A stretch of DNA of 64,000 bases, taken from the IMG/VR virus record IMGVR_UViG_3300025030_000045, one strand, 5' to 3'. The notes beneath the pieces were generated by a model. The model ran no database searches, was not told where the DNA came from, and saw only the letters and a list, made by a program, of their open reading frames with translations. Shown here piece by piece: positions 56,335 to 64,000 of this stretch. A program made the translations under genes and the position numbers. Source of the DNA: a virus. How positions within the stretch are numbered: position 1 is the stretch's first letter; every line of letters begins with the position of its first letter.

Positions 56335-57360
56335 CTAAGCGGTAACACCACCCACCCCAGGAACATTCTTTAAACGAATAATTCCAGCAGCATATGTGTT
56401 AGCAACCTTCGTTCGAGTCTTAAAGTTTGTTCTGTTGTTTGCTCCGTCTTTAAATGCAATATGAATCCAGGGTCTATTCCCACCCCACTCTAAAATGAGT
56501 TCGCACCATTCGAAAGTATTCTTCATTTCAACACATCTCTGATAATACTGCTCATCTGATAAACCCGGCCACTGAAGATCAACTGCACATCCTTTATTAT
56601 GCCAAGATGACCCAGCACCATGTCGGAAGCCGGAGTTGATTGTTGGTCGGCCATAAAGTATGATGAGCTTCTCGAGAACATTCTCGCTAAGATTCTTAAG
56701 GTTACATGCAATCTCATGGGTAGTCAAACCAACCTGATTCTTGAGAACATAGTTACTAACAGCACACCCGGTTGTTAAATGTTTAACCTTAAAATTTGTC
56801 GTTAATGAATAATCACCAGTGATGACTTCAGGAAACATTCCACAACTTGAAGGAATAGTTTCTTCTATAGGTTCTCGTTCTTCAACATCTTCCTTTATCG
56901 GTGTAGAATCTACAAGTTGATTAGCAGCTATGTCGATGCCAGCACTTACAAAAATAATCTCCTGTGTCGGTGTTAACGGCTCTGAACTATCTTCGTTGAT
57001 CGTTGCGGCAAATTCTCTCAAGGTTACGCCGGGTTGAACATTCGGTGCGACACCACCTTCTCCAGCAAAAACATTATCCGAGGATGACACAATAGTTCCG
57101 ACAGGACAGCCAACAACAGAATCACCGAGACGAGCGGTTGGTGAACCTTCAGTTATGACGATATTCGATCCCGTGACAATTGTTGTTGGATGACCACAAT
57201 CACAAATAGCAATGTCGCCAATTCTAGCGACAGACGAACTATTTGCATTAACCGTAGCAGCACCACTTATAATCGTCCCCATTGTAGGAATGCATGGAAT
57301 TGGTGGGTGGCAACAACAGATGCAAGACACCATATCTCCGATTCTCGCAACACCCGGCAT
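56335..57360 (-). CDS. PAAR spike-tip protein (gp5.4-like) fused to peptidase M15 (Zn-dependent peptidoglycan peptidase)
   Basis: VARIGD/VARIGD/TARLGD repeats with Cys/His; C-terminal INSGFR, SWHNKGCAVD, ILE..WIHI. Confidence 0.85.
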   Translation of the reverse strand: MPGVARIGDMVSCICCCHPPIPCIPTMGTIISGAATVNANSSSVARIGDIAICDCGHPTTIVTGSNIVITEGSPTARLGDSVVGCPVGTIVSSSDNVFAGEGGVAPNVQPGVTLREFAATINEDSSEPLTPTQEIIFVSAGIDIAANQLVDSTPIKEDVEEREPIEETIPSSCGMFPEVITGDYSLTTNFKVKHLTTGCAVSNYVLKNQVGLTTHEIACNLKNLSENVLEKLIILYGRPTINSGFRHGAGSSWHNKGCAVDLQWPGLSDEQYYQRCVEMKNTFEWCELILEWGGNRPWIHIAFKDGANNRTNFKTRTKVANTYAAGIIRLKNVPGVGGVTA

Positions 57361-58163
57361 TATGAATTTACTCCTTCGATTACTAACTCATAGAAGTCAA
57401 GAATGTCCTGCAACTTATATGTAGTGAGAATCATTTCTTTTTGTGTCATTGGATTTATTATCATCTTCGGTTGGGCGTATGTTTGAAACAGCATTCTATC
57501 TCTGAGAGCGGGGGCAATAGAATCACGAAATTCAACCCACATACCAGCATCAACCGTAGCCTTTGCTGGAATAGCAGCAATAGCAGTAGTGAAGACTATA
57601 TTTTGACTCATAGTACCCATGTCTGTTGGATAAGAATTACCCGTCCATATGCCATCTCCCCCCTCGCATGTATTCTTATCAAGGAATTCTGGAAGACTAC
57701 AATAACCAAATTCTTCAGAAATATCAACACTACCTTCTAACGTAAACATCGTTGTGAAATCTGGTAAATCATAACTCCATGCCGCATTTAGTCCTGTTAG
57801 ATTCTGTGGGGTAAGCGATGAAAATATATCTGCAACTCTATCACCAACTGGGTCGGGAATTACGTCACCGTCAATGTTCGTGATGGCCAGCTGCATTCTC
57901 TTCATAGATGCATAAGAGAAAAGTGGTAATAGAGTTCCTTTAATAGCACTATCATCAAAATCATTTATGTAAGTTTCGCAAGCAGTTTCAAACGAATCGA
58001 GCCACTGATTCACGGTTGCTTTTAAGACGGTTGCATTAGAATATGCCGGACCAGGATTGTAGTTGTTATTCTCTATCCACAAAAGATTTTGTGAATTATC
58101 AATCGCCGTTTCCCAGTACTCTCTTGCTTCAGCAGACCAAGTTAAATAATCTTTTAGTTTCAT
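57360..58163 (-). CDS. Hypothetical baseplate-associated protein
   Basis: Between gp5 and PAAR genes, TAATG coupling. Confidence 0.65.
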   Translation of the reverse strand: MKLKDYLTWSAEAREYWETAIDNSQNLLWIENNNYNPGPAYSNATVLKATVNQWLDSFETACETYINDFDDSAIKGTLLPLFSYASMKRMQLAITNIDGDVIPDPVGDRVADIFSSLTPQNLTGLNAAWSYDLPDFTTMFTLEGSVDISEEFGYCSLPEFLDKNTCEGGDGIWTGNSYPTDMGTMSQNIVFTTAIAAIPAKATVDAGMWVEFRDSIAPALRDRMLFQTYAQPKMIINPMTQKEMILTTYKLQDILDFYELVIEGVNS

Positions 58164-58175
58164 TTATTTCATCCT

Positions 58176-58691
58176 TTATGTATTAAGATTAATTACAGCT
58201 GCTGTAACATTTGCAGTGCCAGCGGCAGTGACATCGATATTTCCACCGGCCTCAAGCTTTACATTACCAGTGACGGTTACAATCAGACTGCCTTTAATAA
58301 TTTCATCATGATTTCCGTCAACTTCAAATTTCATGTCACCATGAACAAACTCTAAATGATCACCTTTTATTTCAATATTCCAATTTTTATTATGTAATGA
58401 AATACGATCACCGGTTATCTTTTCGGTCATGTCATTTTTATCTATATTTATGTAAGTTCCGTTTGGGTGAAGTATAAAAATTCTTTCGTTTCCAGGAGTC
58501 TCGTCAAAGAATATTACATGACCGGCCTTAGTTTCCTTGATGACATGTACCTTACTATATTGCCCCCTTTCGGTTGTAAGCGCCTTCTCTGGAATTTTTC
58601 CACCAGCCGTATTCTTCGTGATTCTCGAATCGGGTGTATTGGCAGGAGCAGCCTTAGCAACGTACCCACCACTACCGTTTGGTACATTCAT
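58176..58691 (-). CDS. 5: Baseplate central spike gp5, C-terminal beta-helix part
   Basis: QYSKVHV..TKAGHV..FDETPGNERI...HPNGTY and (V/I).G(D/N) octapeptide repeats. Confidence 0.85.
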   Translation of the reverse strand: MNVPNGSGGYVAKAAPANTPDSRITKNTAGGKIPEKALTTERGQYSKVHVIKETKAGHVIFFDETPGNERIFILHPNGTYINIDKNDMTEKITGDRISLHNKNWNIEIKGDHLEFVHGDMKFEVDGNHDEIIKGSLIVTVTGNVKLEAGGNIDVTAAGTANVTAAVINLNT

Positions 58692-59068
58692 TTGTGCGTA
58701 TGTTGAGACGAAGGCTTCACCCGGTTGAGAGTCTTGAGTGATCCCCTCACAACAGATGAACCAGCAAGATCATTCATTGATCTTATGACGCCAAACCAAA
58801 TGATTACCATAGGGTCTTCTGGGTCAGGAAACATACAGTAAACATATTCGCCTACATCAGGAACGCTGCCGCTTGATCCGCTATCAGAAGGAATTCGGTG
58901 TGACCATACGCCATTGTCACTCGTGACGTTTGTCATACTATGAACACCAAGAACCCTAAGTAAAAGTCTTTCGGCACCTTTTGGGTCTTGATTATCAACA
59001 ACCAATGCAATCTTCATTCCGGTAAGTGTTACGTCTGATGCCTTTGGATCAAATTCTTGACTAAACAT
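58688..59068 (-). CDS. 5: Baseplate central spike gp5, N-terminal OB-fold part
   Basis: VVDNQDP....RL..RV.GVH, W, P.VGEYV...F.D....IWFG. Confidence 0.8.
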   Translation of the reverse strand: MFSQEFDPKASDVTLTGMKIALVVDNQDPKGAERLLLRVLGVHSMTNVTSDNGVWSHRIPSDSGSSGSVPDVGEYVYCMFPDPEDPMVIIWFGVIRSMNDLAGSSVVRGSLKTLNRVKPSSQHTHK

Positions 59069-59071
59069 TAT

Positions 59072-60310
59072 TTACCACTCCATCAGGTCTGTGCGTTTCA
59101 TTTGTTTATATCCGTCAGAACATAAGGTAATTGCCTGAGCATAATCGCCAAACATGAAGACATGTCTGATGTCCCTTATTAGATAATTCCCATCAAACTG
59201 CATATCTTTTTTGGTTGGGTCAAGCTTATAGTCAACCGAAGGAAAGTTGAGTTTGACAATCTGACCGGCTCTCCTCAATGTTGAACCCGGTGCGCCGAGG
59301 TTAATCTTGAATACATCAGAAAAAAGATGTGAGTATCTTGTTCTCAAATGACCAACGAGCAACTCTTCAAGTTCTTTTGAATGTCTCTTTTGGAATGCAC
59401 TATTGATTGATTTCCACATGAACTTCGTTGAAGAATATTTATCGCTCTCGAAGTCTTTTAACATTGGAAAGTAATTACCCAGATGTTCGTGCTTGTATTG
59501 TGTAATGCTTTCATTTGTTGCGATGATCTTGTTGCTGTCGAAATCAAATCCTATGAGGTTTGTTTTTCCCATCCCTTGGTTGGCAAATCTTATCGTGTCA
59601 AAATTTGATTCTAAGGTTAGTTTATTTGTGTTACCCTCATAGACTTGGTTTACGGCATTGAAAGTAATTTCTGATGTGTTATATCCAAGGTCTCCTGCGA
59701 GAAGCTTATTAATCGTTGTGCATATAACTGTGTCAGAGATGATGTCGGTGAACAAAAGATATCCACCGTGACCTTGTGTATCCATCGCGAACTTCATAAG
59801 ATGCCTTATAGAATGCATCGGAGTCCACAATGGAGTAACAAATCTTTCAAGCCGTTGTGATGTTGGTTCGACATAATTTGTCGCCCCGCACTCTTTGAGT
59901 AAATCATCGATTATTTCACTAACACTCTTATTAATATAAGGCTTTGATAATTGGCGAGTAAATGCATCTATGTACCAAGATGAACAGAAATGGAGTTTTG
60001 TTGTTTTATATGTCTGATCACTATACACCTGATCGCCATAAGAACCAAAAACCTTCAAGATAATGTTAATCGGTTTCGTATCAGGAGAAGACCATGAAAT
60101 TTCAACATCATCTCCGGCAAAGATTTCCCCAAGTTCCTTTGCCCCCTGCCAGTCTTTGATCACAACACAACCGGTGATTCCGGGCATCACTATGCTCTCG
60201 AAAATATCAAGCTGAATTATAACACTTGGGTCAATATCGAAACCCCGAATTTTAAATGTATTGAGTGTAAAGTTTGAAGTTTGCTTTACATCAGGGACTT
60301 CTTCTATCAT
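59072..60310 (-). CDS. Baseplate hub protein (gp27-like)
   Basis: LDIFESI..P.ITG, P.WTP...I, PG...RAGQIV.L..P, DGNYLIRDIRH.F; upstream of gp5. Confidence 0.7.
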   Translation of the reverse strand: MIEEVPDVKQTSNFTLNTFKIRGFDIDPSVIIQLDIFESIVMPGITGCVVIKDWQGAKELGEIFAGDDVEISWSSPDTKPINIILKVFGSYGDQVYSDQTYKTTKLHFCSSWYIDAFTRQLSKPYINKSVSEIIDDLLKECGATNYVEPTSQRLERFVTPLWTPMHSIRHLMKFAMDTQGHGGYLLFTDIISDTVICTTINKLLAGDLGYNTSEITFNAVNQVYEGNTNKLTLESNFDTIRFANQGMGKTNLIGFDFDSNKIIATNESITQYKHEHLGNYFPMLKDFESDKYSSTKFMWKSINSAFQKRHSKELEELLVGHLRTRYSHLFSDVFKINLGAPGSTLRRAGQIVKLNFPSVDYKLDPTKKDMQFDGNYLIRDIRHVFMFGDYAQAITLCSDGYKQMKRTDLMEW

Positions 60311-60313
60311 TTA

Positions 60314-60844
60314 TTATTTCCTTTTCTCTTTAATAATTTCAGACCGAAACGCCCACACTATGTTTGATAACATTTCTTTTTTTGGAATAATGATGTTTCT
60401 TCTTTTCTCGTTTTCATCGAAGATAAGATTATAATAAACATCTTTTGGGAATCGACGTTCCGATGTAGATAAAGTGTCGGCGAGATTGATAATCTGTGAT
60501 TCAGTTAGCGGCCAATCGAAAAAAGGATTTTTAATTTCGTTGAAGATATAAATGATCCACCAATAATCAACGGTGTCATAGAATTTATAAGAAACAGTCT
60601 CAACCCGTTCTCCATCGACGATATCATAATTATTAAATGTGCTGATGTCATTTTTGAAATTATTAATGATTTTGAATTGCTCAAAAAGATTCTTGACTTT
60701 AACGATAACCGGTTGTGTGTTATCAAATTTAAGTTCATATTCGTCGGTAGAGAAATAAGACAATAATCTACTGAGATCAATTTCCATGTCGGAGAATTGT
60801 TCAAAGTAACTGAAGTTTTCATATCCTCTTGTTACGTTATTCAT
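60314..60844 (-). CDS. 53: Baseplate wedge protein gp53
   Basis: YFEQF, YDIVDGERVETVSYKFYDTVDYWWII..FN.I.NP..DWP, ENEKRRNI. Confidence 0.88.
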   Translation of the reverse strand: MNNVTRGYENFSYFEQFSDMEIDLSRLLSYFSTDEYELKFDNTQPVIVKVKNLFEQFKIINNFKNDISTFNNYDIVDGERVETVSYKFYDTVDYWWIIYIFNEIKNPFFDWPLTESQIINLADTLSTSERRFPKDVYYNLIFDENEKRRNIIIPKKEMLSNIVWAFRSEIIKEKRK

Positions 60845-60846
60845 GA

Positions 60847-61608
60847 TTATCTCCCCGGGCGAACCGACTTGAATGTTAGCGACATTGTTGCATGCACGGG
60901 AGTGCCATCATTATAATACAGCATGCTGTTGTCCCCGCCGCCATAGGTAACATCAAATGCAATTAACACCATGCCCTGATAACCAAATAGAATGTCTTCA
61001 TTTTTATCTTTCGTCGAGACATATTTTTTATCCTTCGATGTGATATGAATATCAAAAATCTCAGGATATTGAAGATGACTTACTCCGCCTATTGTTTCAA
61101 ATGATGGCGTTGAGTTTCTTTTGAAGTAGTTGATAATTTTCTTAACGGCCAAACCCTCCTCTTCAGAGTTCGGAACCAACTCATATGATAGGTTAAGGTC
61201 ATAGTGAGTTCCACCTTTTAGAATCAACATTTCATTAGGATTGATGATTGTTCCTGTATTGGCGGCATAGATTGCTTGTACCTGTTTACCACCAGGAATC
61301 TTATCAGCCAAACCTTTTACAACGTCGGTCATAAAATTCAAACCGTTTTCAGACGAGAAAACTTTATCAGCCCCGCCACCAGCAAATCGAGGAATTCCCT
61401 CAGTACCCCAATCACCACCGGCACTGTCTTTAATGCCAGCTGGTACATAGAGAGCACATGAAAAACCGGAGGACTTTCTCTGATAAGATGCGGTGTTAAC
61501 ATTCGCTTTTGGAAGTGAATATTTGTAGCCGACGAATTCTATGTGGGCATTATTTGAAATGCCCGGCGGGTATTCTAAAAGTTTTTCATCTGCCATAACA
61601 AACCTCAA
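60847..61608 (-). CDS. 48: Baseplate tail-tube cap gp48
   Basis: LEYP, LYVP, INPN...L.G, YELVPNSEEE...V..II..FK, YP.IFDI, L....VTY, G.PV...MSLTF. Confidence 0.82.
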   Translation of the reverse strand: MRFVMADEKLLEYPPGISNNAHIEFVGYKYSLPKANVNTASYQRKSSGFSCALYVPAGIKDSAGGDWGTEGIPRFAGGGADKVFSSENGLNFMTDVVKGLADKIPGGKQVQAIYAANTGTIINPNEMLILKGGTHYDLNLSYELVPNSEEEGLAVKKIINYFKRNSTPSFETIGGVSHLQYPEIFDIHITSKDKKYVSTKDKNEDILFGYQGMVLIAFDVTYGGGDNSMLYYNDGTPVHATMSLTFKSVRPGR

Positions 61609-61611
61609 AAT

Positions 61612-63708
61612 TTAATAAAAGTCAAATAACCGATGGGCAAAAATTTCTTTATCACCCGTTGTAATAACGCTACCACCATTACTAACACTTCCACTGCTAG
61701 GTGTTTGTTGATTTGATTGTGGTGCTGGTACATTGACTACGATTTTATCTTCAGCTCTTCGTGATTCTTCTAATGATCTATCAATTTTCCCAAGATTACT
61801 TGATTGTGATGAATCATACGCTTTTTTTGTTGATTGAATAACATCAGTTCTTGATTTTGGTTGCTGTTTTGATTCTGATTCTGATTCTAATTCAAGATCA
61901 CGTGCTGGATTAATTGAATTCTGCTTGATGTTCATATTGCTACTAGGAACAACATTACCCTCGACACTTTTATTTAATGGAGCACCCGCGACTGTATACT
62001 TATCAAGTTTCTTCTCGAGCGCATTGACAATTAACTGTGTTCTTTCTTGTGCCTTTCCTTCTTCATCATTCGTCCACACACCGGCTGCATCTTTTTGTTT
62101 TTTCTGAAATTCCTTTGCCTCGGCGAGAGCAGCTTCTGTACTCTTAACATCAACTGCGGAATCCAAGAGTCGCTTTTGTGTTGCCATCTCGTCTTTTCCA
62201 CCGACGGCAATATCATCGCTATCGGAGTGAGTCTTGTCATATACCCAACTGCCCAGTCCACCCTTTTGGCCAAAGAACTCATCGATTTTGTTATTAAGAA
62301 AATCGCCGACCTGGAAAGCAAGATAACCAACAAGAGCAACCGCAAGAGCAGGACCAAGAGCAGCCGCCGCGGTCGTCAAACCACCAATGACCGCGGGTAC
62401 AATTCTAGCAAGGAAATTACCGGCAAACTCTCCGATGATTTCGTTCATCATCGCATTGTTTTCTTCAACCGCAACTTCACTAGAAGGTAATATCGGTGTA
62501 CCTGTTATTAGACCGCTCTGATCATCCGGTCTTTCTAAGGATGCGTCGTGCGCTCTGTCCTGTTCCCATACCAATCTCTGTTGGTCGGTTATTTTCATTT
62601 CTTCAAGAATCGTTCTTATATTAACAAGAGTCTTATTTCGTTCTTCATCATTTTGGAGCTGGAGCTCTGCAGCAGTTTCAAACAGTGCGTCTTCTTTGAT
62701 GTTGACTGGTATTGCATTACCACCAATCCCTTCCATGGATAGACCACCGATTTGACCACTTGTTAATGCAACCGACATACTTCTAGTATGATCGGCAATC
62801 TGACTTAAACTTACTTCGGATGAATCTAGCCCATTTGATGTACCGCCATTTGTCGAATTGCTGTTGTTATTCCGTGGACCTGCCACGGGTGACCCTGGCA
62901 TCCCAGCACCATCATCAAGCACATCATCGTGAAGCATACCAACAGTCTTCTCGAGATGTGCAGCAGCAATAGCGGCATTCTTTTCTTCTACCGCATTACC
63001 AGCTCCGTCGGCCATTGATTTCTCTGCATCATATACTCGGCGGCCACGTTTTGAAATGCCCATCGCCCCCATATTGAATAATGGGTTCTCGGTTGCAAGT
63101 CCGCCGACGTGTAATGCGCCAACCGCCCCTGCCCGTCCGATACCGGCCAAGCCTTTCATGGAGAGAATCTTATCGTTCTCTAGAAGACCGAGCATCTGCT
63201 TTAAACCAACTTTGCTTGAATCTAAAAGCGATCCGCCAATTCCTTTGCCTTCTTCCCGCGCATTTCTAAAGCGTTTTCCCGCTTCATATCCGGTGCGAGT
63301 AAAGGCCTTTGCTTCATAATATGATTCTGGCTTTGCTTGTGATACTTTGTTAGACTTGTTTGCTAGGTCTAATCCTTTTAAAAGTACAGCAACATCATCT
63401 TCTGTTAATTTTGATTTGTGTTTGTTGATTTCTATTTCAGCATTAGCGAGAATTGCTTTGTTTACTTGGGTATTGTCTTTGTTTGAGTCAGATAGAACCT
63501 TAAGGATATCATCAAGTAATGTCTGTGTGACCTTATCACTTGAGGCACCCTTTTTGAGAGCGCTCTTAATCATTTCATTTGATTTATCTTCAATACCTTT
63601 TTTAACCTGGGACTTTCCCTTAAGACTATATAAGGAAGACACCTCGTCTTTGGCCAAACCAATAGCATCAAGTTTATTTAGAATTGAATTAAGTTTTGTG
63701 TTATTCAT
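61612..63708 (-). CDS. Tape measure / baseplate hub gp29-like
   Basis: Long helical low-complexity protein with Ala/Gly hydrophobic segment, between gp51-like and gp48. Confidence 0.65.
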   Translation of the reverse strand: MNNTKLNSILNKLDAIGLAKDEVSSLYSLKGKSQVKKGIEDKSNEMIKSALKKGASSDKVTQTLLDDILKVLSDSNKDNTQVNKAILANAEIEINKHKSKLTEDDVAVLLKGLDLANKSNKVSQAKPESYYEAKAFTRTGYEAGKRFRNAREEGKGIGGSLLDSSKVGLKQMLGLLENDKILSMKGLAGIGRAGAVGALHVGGLATENPLFNMGAMGISKRGRRVYDAEKSMADGAGNAVEEKNAAIAAAHLEKTVGMLHDDVLDDGAGMPGSPVAGPRNNNSNSTNGGTSNGLDSSEVSLSQIADHTRSMSVALTSGQIGGLSMEGIGGNAIPVNIKEDALFETAAELQLQNDEERNKTLVNIRTILEEMKITDQQRLVWEQDRAHDASLERPDDQSGLITGTPILPSSEVAVEENNAMMNEIIGEFAGNFLARIVPAVIGGLTTAAAALGPALAVALVGYLAFQVGDFLNNKIDEFFGQKGGLGSWVYDKTHSDSDDIAVGGKDEMATQKRLLDSAVDVKSTEAALAEAKEFQKKQKDAAGVWTNDEEGKAQERTQLIVNALEKKLDKYTVAGAPLNKSVEGNVVPSSNMNIKQNSINPARDLELESESESKQQPKSRTDVIQSTKKAYDSSQSSNLGKIDRSLEESRRAEDKIVVNVPAPQSNQQTPSSGSVSNGGSVITTGDKEIFAHRLFDFY

Positions 63709-63709
63709 A

Positions 63710-63862
63710 TCACTTTAACCCGCGCTCAGTTTTAATTTGACGAATCGTCATATAGTAAAAAATCTCTAACTCAAACGGTGCCATTTCTTCAATTTCAAAC
63801 GTTGAGAACTGTCCGTATCTCTTCATAAAGAATATAGTGTTAAAAAGGGCCTCTACCCCCAT
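63710..63862 (-). CDS. Baseplate hub assembly protein gp51-like (50 aa, not in ORF track)
   Basis: FFMKRYGQFSTFEIEEMAPFELEIFY matches the M....S..EIE.M.P.E..IY pattern of T4-like gp51. Confidence 0.7.
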   Translation of the reverse strand: MGVEALFNTIFFMKRYGQFSTFEIEEMAPFELEIFYYMTIRQIKTERGLK

Positions 63863-63870
63863 ATCCAACA

Positions 63871-63999
63871 CTAGAATACGAAAAAATCGTATATGTCCTC
63901 GATGTAAATTTTTGTTGTCTTTTTACAAACAGCGCATGCCGATTCGCCCTGAATTGCGACGGAAGAAATGCTGGTAAATAGTTTCACATACAGTTCTCT
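63871..63999 (-). CDS. Baseplate hub assembly protein gp26-like, C-terminal fragment (start outside window)
   Basis: ...CAVCKKTTKIYIEDIYDFFVF*: CxxC then I..I.DFF ending. Confidence 0.65.
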   Translation of the reverse strand, partial: RELYVKLFTSISSVAIQGESACAVCKKTTKIYIEDIYDFFVF

Positions 64000-64000
64000 G

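Noticed and set aside
63871-63891. gp26-like DFF ending as another clamp-binding tail
   Set aside because: It is a tail assembly protein and the FF codons coincide with the slippery T-run, a simpler explanation
1-64000. tRNA or other structured RNA genes
   Set aside because: No convincing cloverleaf or T-loop in the short intergenic regions by eye; tRNAscan-SE/Infernal would be needed to exclude them fully
1-64000. Stop-codon reassignment
   Set aside because: Core genes are full length in the standard code, and TAA, TAG and TGA all end recognisable genes

Overview
This window is about 64 kb of a large T4-like (contractile-tail) phage genome read in the standard genetic code. The left part (1-26 kb) is the early/replication region. 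It holds the 3' part of a gp43-type family B DNA polymerase, many small accessory ORFs, a vWA protein, a Thg1-like 3'-5' nucleotidyltransferase, ThyX and a Cas4-like nuclease. It also holds a compact ~8 kb cluster of two T4 beta-glucosyltransferase-like enzymes, a HAD phosphatase, an APH-like kinase, a radical SAM enzyme, a sugar-1-P nucleotidyltransferase and a C5 cytosine methyltransferase. This cluster is the best candidate for an undescribed system: a possible DNA hypermodification pathway with no TET/JBP or dCMP hydroxymethylase in the window, two of whose enzymes end in the same DFF tail as the polymerase clamp-binding motif. The right part (26-64 kb) is the virion module: gp13-14-15-16-17-18-19, an AT-rich 4-gene insert, gp3, fibre genes, gp4-2-20-67-21-22-23, and on the minus strand gp26/51-29-48-53-hub-gp5-PAAR. 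Notable points there are a terminase large subunit split by an atypical split intein inside Walker A with an intervening endonuclease, a gp5 split into two ORFs, a PAAR tip fused to an M15 peptidase, and a candidate -1 frameshift between gp26 and gp51. Host sigma70-type promoters and T4-type TATAAATA late promoters are both visible. All product calls rest on motif recognition by eye; no database searches were run.
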